In this document: piece after piece, positions 50,868 to 64,000 of the stretch
Numbering within the stretch: position 1 is the first letter of the stretch
Layout of the letters: each line of letters begins with the position of its first letter
Source: Octopus vulgaris
Lineage: Eukaryota
Length of the DNA: 64,000 bases
Assembly (NCBI GenBank): GCA_951406725.2
Contig: OX597820.1
Span: 19,344,001 to 19,408,000, forward strand
Reading direction: 5' to 3'
The notes under the pieces: generated by a model
What the model was told of the DNA's origin: nothing
Database searches by the model: none
Seen by the model: the letters and a program-made list of their open reading frames with translations, nothing else
Made by a program: the position numbers and the translations under genes

Positions 50868-51569
50868 GCTTATGACCACCAAACCATCCCTGGCAAGGTA
50901 CAGCTGCTTGATACAAAGGTACTATCTCTGTCTGGTGCCCCTTACACCTCATTCCTTTATGTGTCAGTCAAATATTTGAAATGATAGCATTAGTACTACC
51001 ATTTTGAACACCGGCATATAGAAGAAATCATCATCATCACCATCATCATCCGTTTTCCATGCTGGCATGGGTTGGATGATTTGACATAGAGCTGGCCAGC
51101 CAGGGGGAGTTGGCCAGGTTCCAATTCTCTGTTATGGTATGGCTTCTATGGCTGGATGCCAACCACCTTACAGAGTGCACCCGATGCTTTTTACATTCCA
51201 CCGGCACAGGTGTGTTTACGCAGCAGCAGTAGCAGCATTTCATGTGGCACCTGAAAGTGCGTTTCATGTGGCATTGTCACCTGCCAAGGACAAACCTGTA
51301 TGTATGGATAACAGCAATTATATTTAGTTTCACAATTATATTTAGTCTTCCCAATTACAGCAGTTTACCACAATCCCTGGTCCCTTGCCCGTAAAGATTA
51401 AAACCCCACCCAAAATCTAACCCCAGCCAGAAGCTTCCTTTGAGGTGGTGATATTGCCAGGCGCTATCTCAGAAGAAATGAAGGGAACAGAGTAGTCCAG
51501 ACTGTCTTTTGAGTATTATATGCAATCACTCAGATAGCATCTACTAAACAAGATCAGTGAAACTAAATA

Positions 51570-52525
51570 CAGGAGTGGCTGTGTGGTAAGTAGCTTGCTT
51601 ACCAACCACATGGTTCTGGGTTCAGTCCCACTGCGTGACACCTTGGGCAAGTGTCTTCTACTGTAGCCTCAGCCTGACCAAAGCCTTTTGAGTGGATTTG
51701 GTTGACGGAAACTGAAAGAAGCCCATCATATATGTGTATATATGTGTATATATATATATGTGTGTGTGTGTGTGTCTGTGTCTGTATATGTTTGTGTGTC
51801 GGTGTTTGTCCCCCCAACATCACTTGACAACTGATGCTGGTGTGTTTACGTCCCTGTAACTTAGCGGTTCGGCAAAAGAGACTGATAGAATAAGTACTAG
51901 GTTTACAAAAGATAAGTCCTGGGGTCGATTAGCTTGACTAAAGGCAGTGCTCCAGCATGGCCGCAGTCAAATGACTGAAACAAGTAAGAGAGTAAAGAGT
52001 ACACCAAGCAGATGTTCAGAAGTGAAGAGGACAGCATCCTGTGTGTCAGTGGGGAACTTCCAAGGAAATACTCCCAGATAACCTTCCATGCAACCCCAAA
52101 ATTACTGAATTAGCATATTTCAGTAAAGACTAGAAAAGAAAAGAAAAAATAGCAGCGTGGCTGTGTGGTAAGAAGTTTGCTTCCCAACCATGTGGTTTCA
52201 GGTTCAATCCTCCTGCGTGGTACATTGAGTAAGTGTCTTATATAGCCTTGGGTAGCTTTGGTAGACAGAAACTGAAAGAAGCTCATTGTATATTTATATA
52301 TGTGTGTGTGTGCTTTTGTATGTGTTTATCCTGCCCCCACTGCTTGACAACTGGTGTTGTTTTGTTTATGTCCTTACAACTTAGTGGTTCAGCAAAAGAG
52401 AGCAATCGAATAAGTATAAGTACCAGGCTTTAAAAATAAATACTGCGGTCGATTTCTTGGACCAAACTCTTCAAAGTGGTGCTCCAGCATGGCTGCAGTC
52501 TAATGACAAAAACTAGTAAAAGATA
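51570..52525 (+). mobile_element. Two family A SINEs (51570-52001, 52154-52525)
   Basis: Family motifs. Confidence 0.85.
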
Positions 52526-52904
52526 GATGATACCAGAAGAAAAAAAAACAAACGTAAAAAAAGAAGAGAAAGGCTAGACATCCGTATGTTTCTTGTAAAC
52601 TCAAAGATGGTATTAACATTGACAGGAATGCATTTTCATTCCAAAGGTTACGCTCTTGTATTCCAAGAGTGGGAAATAGCTACAAAATACCTAATGGCTA
52701 AACAGACAGCGAAGCCCTCAAACCTGCAAGGTGCAACCTAAAGTGCTATGTCAAATTTCTTTGGAAGATGTTACATGTAATCAGTCGCCGCCCCTCCAAA
52801 ATGTCATTAGAGTTCCTGCCTTTCAATGCAGTATGATGCTGTTATGCAATGCCATTTGCAAGGAGAGACTGCTGTGGCAAAAAGCATCGGGAATATTTCT
52901 ATCG

Positions 52905-52962
52905 TTAAATAAAATCAGTGCTAATGCATGAAACTCTAGGCCCTTGAATCAGTCAAATACTA

Positions 52963-53018
<56 letters not shown>

Positions 53019-53205
53019 ATGTTGTTATCATCATCATTTAACATCCGCCTTCCATGCTGGCTTCAGTTCTGTCAAACCGTCCAACCCATGCCAGCATGGA
53101 AGGCGGACGTTAAACAATGATGATGATAATGACATATATATATATATTAGTATTTGACTGATTGAAGGGCCAAGAGTTTCATGCATTAGCACTGATTCTA
53201 TTTAA
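52905..53205. repeat. ~300-bp nested inverted repeat
   Basis: 62-bp arms 52905-52966 / 53144-53205 (3 mismatches) enclosing an inner inverted pair of family E tails. Confidence 0.85.
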
Positions 53206-53474
53206 TATATGTAACTTAGCGGTTCGGCAAAAGAGACCGATAGAATCAGTACTAGGCTTCCAAAGAATAAGTCCTGGGGCCAATTTGCTCGACTAAATGC
53301 AGTTGCTCCAGCATGGCTGCAGTCAAATAACTGAAAGAAGTAAAAGAGAAAAGTGAAAGAGTATATTTATATATATATATATATATATTTGAAATTTAAA
53401 GAAAAACAGAAGACAAAGGCAAGTGTATGAACAAGCAAGTGTATTAGTTTGATGCTCAGGAAAATGAAAAAACT

Positions 53475-53529
<55 letters not shown>

Positions 53530-53531
<2 letters not shown>

Positions 53532-53690
53532 TTGGAATTTACAAAAAAACAAAATGAAGACGAGTTTAATGCTCGGGAAGTGAGAAAGTCTATTATGTTT
53601 CGAGCCTATGCTCTTCGACAGAAAGGAACACAGAAATAAGCAGAGAGAGAAAATAAAGAATGTGTAGTGGCTGGCAATCAATCATGGCAA
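53530..53690 (-). mobile_element. Penelope-like terminal-repeat remnant with hammerhead variant
   Basis: - strand cttt CTGTCGA a gagc atag gctc GAAA cata atag (53625-53590). Confidence 0.55.
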
Positions 53691-55300
53691 ACAATGTGCG
53701 GATTGAGAGAAAATAGAGTAAGAAGAAACGACAATAGGTAAAAGCAGAAAGTATAAAAAAGTTCAAACATTGTAGGGTATTGGAATGATTTCTCATCAAC
53801 AGAAGAGTCCAGTTTAATCCATGTCCCACCCATGCAAGCATGGAAGACGGATGTTAAATGATGATGATGATGATGATGATCTATATGAATACGAGGAATA
53901 TTTCTCATCAAGATTTCTGCCAAGTGCAGACCGAACAGTCCTCATATAGTTATCAGAGGTAGGCAAGAAATATTACATACATCTATTGAGGTTAGCTGCT
54001 CTACATCTATCTTTTTATCTTGCAGCCATGCTGGAGCACCACCTTGTTGGATTTAGTTGAACAAAATGACCCCAGTATTTATGTTTTTGTTTTTTTTTCT
54101 TTTGAAGCCTATGAATTATTCTGTCAGTCACTTTTGCCAAACTGTTTAAGTTAAAGGGATGTAAACACACCGATACCGGTTGTCAGGCAGAGGCAGCATC
54201 GGACAAACACAAGCACAGACACACACATACATGCATACAGACATACTTACACACACACATAAACTTCTTTTAGTTCCCTTCTACCAAACTCACTCACATA
54301 GCTTTGGTTGGCCTGGGGGCTACTCTAGAAAACACTTGCCCAAGGTACCATGCTCTGGGACAGAAACCCAGACCTGTATGGTTGGCAAAGAAACTGCTTA
54401 CCACATAGCCATGCCTGTGGTCCTTTGTGATCAGCGAGACAGAATATTTTCAGACAATTGCTTTGAAACCTAGTTTCTCAGGTTATAAATTTAAATTTAT
54501 AGTCTATAATTAGACGCAGACATGGCTGTGTAGTTAGAAGTTTAGTCGTCTGCTATAGCTCCAGGCCAACCAAAGCCATGTGGATTTGGTAGACAGAAAC
54601 TGAAAGAAACTTGCTCTCACACACACACACACACACACACACAAACATGTATATATAGTGTGTTTGGGTCCCTGTAACTTAGCGGTTTGGCAAAAGAGAC
54701 TGATATAATAAGTACTAGGCTTCCAGAGAATAAGTTCTGGGGTCGATTTGCTCGACTAAAGGCAGTGCTCCAACATGGCCAGAGTCAAATGACTGAAACA
54801 AGTAAAAGAGTAAAAGAGATATATATGTGAGTATATATATATACACATACACACACATATATACATACATATATATATGTATATATATACACATATGTAT
54901 TATATATATGTGTGTTACTGTCTTCTTGCCTTGACATCATGTGATTGTTGTAAAGGAGTGTCACTGTCATACAAGTAGTGTCCTTTGTTTCTAATCTTCC
55001 ATGAAAACATATCTGATCATGGGGAAATATTAACTTACTTGGGGAGTGGTGGTGGGGGTATTAGTGACAGGAAAGGGGCATCTGGCCATAGAAAACCCAC
55101 CTCTACAAATTCTGCTCGACAACGTTTGCAAGCACGGAGAAGCAGACATTAACGTGATGATGCTGGCAGTGGTGGGTGAGGTGGTGGTGATGATGATGGT
55201 GATGATGACGACGATGACCATGACGACAATGACATTTACACGTTCATTATTTTGGCCAAATGTCTTCAACTGTAGCTTCGGATCTATCTATCTATCTATC

Positions 55301-55440
55301 TAGCTTGCTTACAAACCACATGGTTCTGGGTTCAGTTCCACTGCGTAGCACCTTGGGCAAGTGTCTTCTACTATAGCCTTGGTCTGACCAAAGCCTTGTG
55401 AGTGGCTTTGGTAGACGGAAACTGACAGAAGCCCGTCGTA

Positions 55441-55503
<63 letters not shown>

Positions 55504-55942
55504 ATATGTGTGTGTGTATGTTTGTGTCTGTGTTTGTCCCACCAACATCGCTTGACAACCGATGCTGGTGTGTTCATGTCCACGTAACTTAGCGGTTCGG
55601 CAAAAGAGACCGATAGAATAAGTAAAGGCGGTGCTCCAGCATGGTCACAGTCAAAGGACTGAAACAAATAAAAGAGTAAAAAAAAGAGTAATATCATATA
55701 TAGGTGTGTGCGTCTTTTGTCTGTTTGTCCCCCCACCATCGCTTGACAACTGGTGTTCGTTCATTTACGTAACGGTAACTCAGCGGTTCGGCAAATGAAA
55801 CAAACAAAATTAGTAACCAGGCTTAAAAAAAAAGATAAAGTACTGGAGGTGGGAGGAGGTCGATTCAGTTGCCTAAAAATATACTTCAACGTGGTGCCCC
55901 AGCATGGTCGCAGTCCAATGACTGAAACATGCAAAAGATAAC
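55301..55942 (+). mobile_element. Family A SINE plus a second 3' half
   Basis: Family motifs. Confidence 0.8.
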
Positions 55943-56223
55943 CGAGAAACGATGCAAATAGACGTTGCAAGACAAAATGTTTGACACACATAGAATAACG
56001 CATATGTAATGTGTGTTGTTTAATAATTTGTGTACATATTTCTACAGATGTCAATTTGAAAACATTATTATAATTTGTTTTAAAATATTCTTGGAAGCTT
56101 TTTTGTTTTTTAATGTCTTTCGGTGCCTTGGAGGTGTTTCGTATATTAAAACATTTATATGAAATACATTTTGATTCTTACTTGCACGCTCATTAGGGAA
56201 AGCTTGTTAGAATTGATTTAGAT

Positions 56224-56597
56224 AGCGTGCAGGAGTGGGTGTAAGGTGAGAAGCTTGCTTCCCAACCACGTGGTTCCGGGTTCAGTCCCATTGCGTGGGC
56301 CCTTGGGCAGGTGTCTTCTACTACTATAGCTTCGGGTAGACCAAAGCCTTGTGAGTGGATTTGGTAGACGGAGACTGAAAGAAGCCCGTCGTGTGTGTGT
56401 GTGTATAGAAACGTTAGCACGCTGGGCGAAATGCTTAGCAGTATTTCGTCTGCCGTTACGTTCTGAGTTCAAATTCCGCCGAGGTTGCCTTTCATCCTTT
56501 CGGGGTCGATAAATTAAGTACCAGTATTGAACTGATGTCGATCTAATCAACTGGCCCCTTCCCCCAAAAATTAGGGCCTTGTGCCTAGAATAGAAAC

Positions 56598-56643
<46 letters not shown>

Positions 56644-56832
56644 AGAGAGAGAGAGAGAGATAATGTATGTATTTGTGTGTCTGTGTTTGTCCCCGTAACT
56701 TAGCAGTTCGACAGAAGAGACTGGTAGAATAAGTACTAGGCTTACAAAGAATAAGTCCTGGAGTCGATTTGTTCGACTAAAAAGGCTGTGCTCCAGCATG
56801 GCCGCAGTCAACTGACTGAAACGAGTAAAAAA
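56224..56832 (+). mobile_element. Family A SINE with family B SINE nested at ~56407-56596
   Basis: B copy sits in the internal microsatellite of A. Confidence 0.82.
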
Positions 56833-57180
56833 GAGCGTGTACTTTCTCGTACAGAAGTAAGTACACTGGCTTCTATGCGTGCGTGCTTGAATCTCCACGT
56901 GTAACATACAGTATGTTGTGTTTATTTACACATATTATGCATATAGAATTGCTTTATATGCCGACTGTAAAGGGCTACAAAAGTGAAGTTGTACCGAGTT
57001 CTCTAGTTTTTTTTGTATTTCTTAACGCAAACCTCTGGATCAAGTTTCTCTTCCCTATACCTTCCTCCCCTCTCTCTCTCTCTGTCTCCTTCTCTCTCTC
57101 TCTCTCTCCCTTTCTTTCTCCTGTCTTCCGCTTCTTGCCTCCTATTAAATGTGTTCAAAGGTGTATCTGCCGATTACGTT

Positions 57181-57211
<31 letters not shown>

Positions 57212-57524
57212 GTGTGTGTATGTGTGCGTGTTTTAAAGTGTATATCGTCTGTATTACGTGTTTTTGTGTTCACATGAGCTTGTAGATATTTTTTTAAAAA
57301 ACCATGTGTGCTACACGCGCGTACGTATAAACACACACACACACATACGCGTATACACACACATACACGTATACACACACCACGAGGTAGTGAAGTGTGT
57401 GCTATATATGTGATTTTCTCAGAAAGTGTATGATAGCTGTGAATGATGTCACACTTCTACAGAAAAACCTGAGGACTGATTATTTTCTAATCTCTACAAT
57501 TCAGCTGGAAAACTGCCAGCACAT

Positions 57525-57731
57525 AGAGAGAAAGAAAGAGAGAGAGATAGGGAGAGTAAGGAAGGGAGAGTAAGGAAGAGAGAGAGGGAGAGTAAGGAAG
57601 AGAGAGAGGGAGAGTAAGGAAGAGAGAGAGAGAGAACGAAAGGGAGAGATGGAGAAAAAGTAAGAGAGAGAGAGAGTAAGGAAGAGAGAGAAAGGGAGAG
57701 GTGGAGAGAAAGGAAAAGAGAGAGAGAGAGA
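57525..57731. repeat. GA-rich polypurine tract with ggagagtaaggaag units
   Basis: Seen directly. Confidence 0.9.
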
Positions 57732-58857
57732 CGTATGGTGCTGCTATATTTTCCATTCTCCTTTCGCCTTCTCACTCAATCCATTTCCTGAATTGATCAC
57801 ACACACACACATACACACACATACACACACACACACACACACGTGCGCTTCGGAATATTGTGATGGTTATTTTTACTCTCGCATCACCATCAAAACATAC
57901 ATACCTTTCCTTTATCGTCATCCCCCCAGCCATTGCTACGACCTTCCCCTCCTCTCCCCCCCTCGCCGAAAAATCCGCCTGTATCGCCCCCCAACACCCG
58001 CTCCAACCTTCAACCCTCATCCCACCCCATCCTTGCTTTCTTCAACGCTTAATGCTTTCATACACCATATAGCAGTGTAAATTAAAATAAATACCTAAAT
58101 AAATAAAGATAGAGGAACGTGTTATTTTGAATAGATTTTTGGTGCCGATAACCGATAACCTGTATATTTACCAATGTGTCTTTCACACAGAAACGTGGAG
58201 TATTTAACAAGGAACGACTGAACTGGAACGATTGTTCAGTGGAGTGAAGTGGCACTGAGTAGGACTTATTTCTCAGTTGGAATCGCCTTGCAATTATGTC
58301 AAAGACTTGCTCTCTGCTGTGGTGATAGAATTGTTTAGGGAATCACATTGGCACTGTGTGACCATATCCAGCATGTTCCATCTCTCCTCACCACCACCAA
58401 CTTCCCCCCGGAGAGCTTTTTTTTTTTTTTTTTTAACAGTGCAAGATACTGTTGTTGTTTGTTGTATGTTCCTTCTTGAGCCATGCCTGGCTCATAAGGG
58501 CCCTATTTCCTGGTTTCCTTGGCGTATAGGTTCCGCTACTGGACAGGACGTCAGTCCGTCGCAGGTGAGCTGCAAGATGCAGGAGGAAAGAGTGAGAGAA
58601 AGTTGTGGCGAAAGAGTCAGCAGAAGTTTGCCATTACCTTCTGACAGAGCCAAGTGGAGCTTAGGTGTTTTGCTCATAAACACAAACATTGCCCGGTCTG
58701 GGATTCGAACCCACAATCCCTCGACCGTGAGTCTGCTGCTCTAACCACTAGGCCGTGTGCCTCTACAAGATACTGTTCCATATTAGGGTACCTCAGCTGG
58801 ATAGCAAAACGTTTTTAAACTTCTGAAATCTTATATCATGGCTTCAGAAATTATTGA

Positions 58858-59240
58858 CAGGTGTGGCTGTGTGGTAAGAAGTTTGTTTCTTAACCACATG
58901 GTTCTGGGTTCTATCCCACAGCATGGCACCTTGGGCAAGTGTCTTCTACTATAGCCTCAGGCCGACCAAAGCTTTGTGAGTGGATTTGGTAGACAGAAAC
59001 TGAAAGAAGCCCTTTATATATATCTATGTATGTGTATCTTTGTGTCTGTGTTTGTCTCATCACAGCTTCACAACTGGTGTTGGTGTATTCATGTCCCTTG
59101 TAACTTAGCGGTTCAGCATAAGAGACTGACAGAATAAGTACCAGGGTTTAAAAAGAGTAAAAAAAAAAGGCACTGGGGTCGATTTATTCGGCTAAAAATT
59201 CTTCAAAGCGGTGCCCCAGCATGGCCACAGTCTAAAGATA
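58858..59240 (+). mobile_element. Family A SINE
   Basis: Family motifs. Confidence 0.85.
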
Positions 59241-59844
59241 AATAATACTGGCTTATGCTTCACATTGGACTGATTGGCTGGCCATGGCTGGACACATCTC
59301 ATGTGCTGTCTTTGGACATTGTCAACAACAATGGCCAAAATAAAGGATCGCTTTGCAACCACATGGTTGCTGGTTCAATCCCACAGTGTGGCACATTAGA
59401 CATGTGTTTTCTATTAATTTACTATAATCCCAGGTTGATCAATGCCTTGTGAGTGAACTTGGTCGATGGAAACTGTGTGGAAGCCTTTCAGACACACTCA
59501 TATATATATCTTTTACCTTTTATCGTTTTCTTGTTTCAGTCATTTGATTGTGGCCATGCTGGGCCACTGCTTTAGAACTGGCACTGTCAGTTACAAATTG
59601 ACCCCAGTTCTTACCACCCTTTTTTTTTGTTTTTGTAAGTCTGGTATTTGTTCTCTCAGTCCCCTTTTGAAAAACTGCTATGTTACAGGGATGTAAACAA
59701 AGGAACACCAGTTGTCAGGCAGTTGGTAGGGGAGGAACAAATATAAACACAACACATACATCATACTATCTGTGTGTATGTGTGCCTGTGCTTGTGTATG
59801 TGTGCCTGTGCTTGTGTATGTGTGTCTGTTTGTGTGTGAAGGTC

Positions 59845-60160
59845 TATGGCTTAGTGGTTAAGGTATCTGGCTCGTGATCGTAAGGCTATGAGTTCAATTC
59901 CCAGTGGCACATTGTCTTCTTGAGCAAGACACTTTATTTCACGTTGCTCCGGTCCACTCAGCTGGCAAAAATGTGTAGTACCTGTGTGCCAAAGGGGCAT
60001 CCTTGCCACACAATCTTTGTCATGTTGAATTTCCCTGGGAACTACATTAAAGATATGCGTGTCTGTGGAGTACTCAGCCACTTGCACATAAATTTTTTTA
60101 GCAGGCAGCTCCGTCAATCGGATCAACTGGAACCTCTGTGATCATAACCATCAGAATGCC
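59845..60160 (+). mobile_element. Mosaic SINE: family D head/body with family C tail
   Basis: ttgagcaagacactttatttcacgttgctccggtccactcagctgg (D) joined to gtgtctgtggagtactcagccacttgcac..gatcaactggaacc (C). Confidence 0.65.
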
Positions 60161-60567
60161 AGTTTCAGTCACTGGACTGTGGCCATGCTGGGATCATCAC
60201 CTTAAACGATTTGATCACAGAAACTGACCCCTGGTACTATGTTTTTAAAGTGTGGTTCTTATTCTGTTAGTTTTCACTGAACTGTTAAGTTACAGGGACA
60301 TAAACAAACCAACACCAGTTAGGACTAGCACAAAGACACCACACACACACACACATACGCACACATTCATATGCTGGGTATACACACAGTTTGTGTCTAC
60401 AAAATGAACTCATGAGTCATCAGTGAAGCCTGGGGCTATGTGATAGAAAACGCCCAAAGTGCTGTGCAATGGGACTGAACCCAAAGCCTTGTGGTTGCAA
60501 AGCAAGCTTCTTAACCACACAGCCATTCCTGCTCCTATATGAGGGTTTTTGTTGGCATGTTTATTGT

Positions 60568-60805
60568 ACCTATTTCTTTACTACCCACAAAGGGGCTAAA
60601 CACAGAGGAGATAAACAAGGACAGACAGACGGATTAAGTTGATTATATTGACCTCAGTGCGTAACTGGTACTTAATTTATCGACCCCGAAAGGATGAAAG
60701 GCAAAGTCGACCTCGGCAGAATTTGAACTCAGAACGTAACGACAGACGAAATACGGCTACGCATTTTGCCCGGCGTGCTAACGTTTCTGCCAAGCTCGCT
60801 GCCTT
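60568..60805 (-). mobile_element. Family B SINE, full length
   Basis: Near-identical to 4021-4224 and 35263-35497. Confidence 0.87.
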
Positions 60806-62522
60806 AGTGTACAATGTTTATTGTACCATCTGGTTGCCTGTCCTACAGCTAACCATTATATTGTGAAGTTAGAGAGGAATGTATTTGTGTATTTGTCAGT
60901 CAAACTACCTGAATAAAGAAGCGTTGTGTTCACACCACAGCAATGGTCGTGAGCATTGAAGCAATCACCATCATCATTACGTGATCAATAAATAACCAGG
61001 CACTTTTAATATTCCTGACTTATTATTATAACTCGCTCATCAGGTCAGATTTCTTTCATATACACATGCAAAACTTAACAGCTTTTTTTTCTCTGTTATT
61101 TTTGTTTTTGTTTCTATTTCTATTTCTCTGTATCTTCTCGTTAGCATTCTTTGAGAAAGAACGAGAGAGAGAGAGAAGAAACAAAACGTACAAAGCTAAA
61201 ACAAAATTTGAAATTTTTAATTTCCTTATTTGTTATTAAAAACTTAGGTGAATGAAATGAAATGCTCTCTGGAGACTTGAATGGAAGTTAACTTCAGCAT
61301 GTGATTCGATGAAAGGATTTTCACTAAAAATTTTGCTGTTGTTGTTGTTGCTATTGTTATTGCTGCATGTGAATATGTGCATGTGAAGTGCACATATGCT
61401 TGTGTGGGTATTTTTGGATTTCATTTTGTTTTTTCTTTGTGTATGTATGTATGTGTGTGTGTGTTTCTTTTCCTACTTTCCAACTTGTCACTCTCTCGTT
61501 AATGTTTATAATTTGCAAGGCTCTCGTTGTTGAGTATCAATCAAGCACACGAATGCTAATAAATTGATCTCCCACACCACTAGTGTGTGCTGTTTAGCAT
61601 AAAACTGGGGTGGGATATAATAAAATATTTAATTGTTTTTCATATTTCTTCCTAACGCTGTATTCATTTTATTGTTAAGGCAGTTTAAATCATTTTAAAT
61701 CATTCACTGGGAAATAAAAAAAATTTTTTTGAATTACTTTTTTATGTGAAATTTGAAATATTCAGAAGTACTGTTGAATTCAATGTGTTGTTTCATCTAT
61801 TCGTACATACATCATCATTATCGCCGTCAAATGTTCGCTTTGTTTGCGCTTGCATGGGTCAGACAGAATTTGTTGAGATGGATTCTTCTATGGCCAGATG
61901 TCCTTCCTGTCACCAATCCTGATCTGTTTCCATATCAGGTAGCATTTCTCCTTGACCAAGCATGTTTTTGCAGGAGACTGGAAACAATGACACTGCTTGC
62001 ATGATGGTGACGCTCGTTTACAGCTGTCGTGCAAAGTCAAGGCAAGGAGACAATAGAACACACACACACACACACACACACACACGATGCTAGTACTGTG
62101 TTAAAAAGCACCCAGTACACTCGGTAAAGCAGTTGGTGTTAGGAAGGGCATCCAGCCATAGAAACCATGAGAAAGCAAACAAGCTTTGCATAGTCCTTTG
62201 GCTAGTCCTTTTGGTAGATGGAAACTGAAAGAAGCCTGTCATATATATGCATATATATTATATATATATATATATATGCACATATTTATATGTATTTGTG
62301 TGAATATATGTTTGCGTGTCTGTACTAGTCTTACAAAGAATAAGTCCTGGGGTTGATTTGCTCAACTAAAGGCAGAGTTCCAGCATGGCCACAGTCAAAT
62401 GACTGAAACAAGTAAAAGAGTATATATACATACATGCATACATACATATATATATATACATATATTTATATACATATATTTGTGTACATATGTGTGTGAG
62501 TGTGTGTGTGTGTGTGTATAAA

Positions 62523-62575
<53 letters not shown>

Positions 62576-63017
62576 CATATACATATTTACATAAACACAC
62601 ATATATATATATATATATATTTTCCCTCCTTCCCTTGTAATATTGGTTTCACTTCATAACGAAACGAAAGCAGCAGCTTATTTACTTCTCCGCAATATGG
62701 TTTACCTGGACAGCAACACCATACACTGGTATTTATGTTGCACATGTTTGAATCCGGTTGTTAGGGTACGAACAAATACTTGTGCAAACATCACTAGGGG
62801 GAGTTTTGTTTTTTCCGTTTTTCGTTTTTTGCCATTGTCGTGGGCAAGATGGTGGAAATAAGGGTTGGTGCTGCAGTATCGGTAAATAGATTAGGGGTAT
62901 TGTTTCTGAAATGATTTTGAAAAGTCAGTGTGGTTCTGTTTACACACTTTGGTTTATCATTAGTGTCCATTATTTGCTGGACGTTAGTCAGGTTGTCTTA
63001 GATTCATAATTTGTATA

Positions 63018-63430
63018 GGCGTAGGAGTGGCTGTGCGGTAAGTAGTTTGCTTACCAACTACATGGTTCCGGGTTCAGTCCCACTGCGTGACACTTGGGCA
63101 AGTGTCTTCTACTATAGCCTCCAGCCGACCAAAGCCTTGTGAGTGGATTTAGTAGACGGAAACTGAAAGAAGCCCGTCATATATATGTATAAATATATGT
63201 ATGTCTGTGTGTATGTTTGTGTGTCTGTGTTTGTCCCCCCCAACATCGCTTGACAACCGATGCTGGTGTGGTTACATCTCCATAACTTAGCGGTTCGGCA
63301 AAAGAGACCAATAGAATAAATACTAGGCTTACAAACAATAAGTCCTGGGGGCAATTTGCTCGACTAAAGGCAGTGCTCCAACTTGGCCACAGTCAAATGA
63401 CTGAGACAGGTAATAAAAAGAATAAAAAGA
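63018..63430 (+). mobile_element. Family A SINE, full length
   Basis: Complete head, core and tail. Confidence 0.9.
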
Positions 63431-63667
63431 ATATGCAGTGTTTGTGTGTGTGTGTGGAATCAGTGTGACGAAGTGGATATCATCATCATCACCACCATCA
63501 TTTAACGTGTTTTCCATGTGTTTGTCCCCACATCACTGCTTGATAACCAGTGTTGGTGTGTTTATGTCCCCGTAATTTAGCGATTCAGTAAAAGAAGCTG
63601 AGAGAACAAATACCAGGTTTAGCAAAAATGCTCAGTGCTAAGGTGGATTCATTCGGCTAAAAATTCT

Positions 63668-63895
63668 TTAACCCTTTAGCATTCAGATTATTCTGTAAAA
63701 TGTAAAGCTTATGTATTCACACCATGTAAAATTAATCTTGTATCATTTCATGGCTTTGAGATTTTAATGATGTGATTCTTTATTTTTAAAATGACACAAT
63801 AAGATAGCTATGAATGACCATATCTGACTAGTTTGAACATAAAATAAGTAGAATATTTTGGCCGGATATGGCCGGTTTAAACACTAAAGGGTTAA
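63668..63895 (+). mobile_element. piggyBac-like MITE with TTAA duplication, nested in a family A tail
   Basis: TTAA ccctttagcatt ... aacactaaaggg TTAA; SINE tail resumes (gtgccccagcatggccacag). Confidence 0.8.
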
Positions 63896-64000
63896 TGTAG
63901 TGCCCCAGCATGGCCACAGTCTAATGACTGAAGCAAGTTAAATGTAAAAGATAAGATCGTAGTCTGTAACTACTGCTTGCTACCCTCCCTTTACAAAACG

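Noticed and set aside
50322-50984. Long ORFs rich in YI/VC/HT (also 2934-3346, 15152-15652, 32365-32869, 39149-39858, 41413-41874)
   Set aside because: Translations of (TA)n/(TG)n/(CA)n microsatellites, open on both strands in several frames
56218-56907. 229-aa ORF, the longest in the track, and the recurring RRHLPKVPRSGTEPG / IVEDTCPRCHAVGLN peptides
   Set aside because: Antisense reading of SINE families A and B

Overview
Eukaryotic, AT-rich, repeat-saturated non-coding DNA (large intron or intergenic). The SINE and microsatellite content fits an octopus/cephalopod genome; this is inferred from repeat character, not from a database match. No convincing protein-coding gene is present: almost every ORF in the track is a translated microsatellite or SINE. 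The window contains dozens of tRNA-derived SINEs (my labels A-D), RTE-tailed elements (E/F), RTE and CR1-group LINE 3' fragments, mariner remnants, piggyBac-like TTAA MITEs and Helentron-type non-autonomous elements. The most notable signal is about seven dispersed hammerhead-ribozyme-like motifs in Penelope-like remnants. They include one tRNA-headed element with a hammerhead and a head-to-head inverted copy, one motif with a ~90-nt extended helix II, and a two-copy family with a variant CUGUNGA core. Also seen: long fold-back hairpins, a 7x tandem array of SINE tRNA heads, ~45-nt mini-retroelements, a few candidate exons and candidate regulatory motifs. Boundaries of degenerate repeats are approximate.
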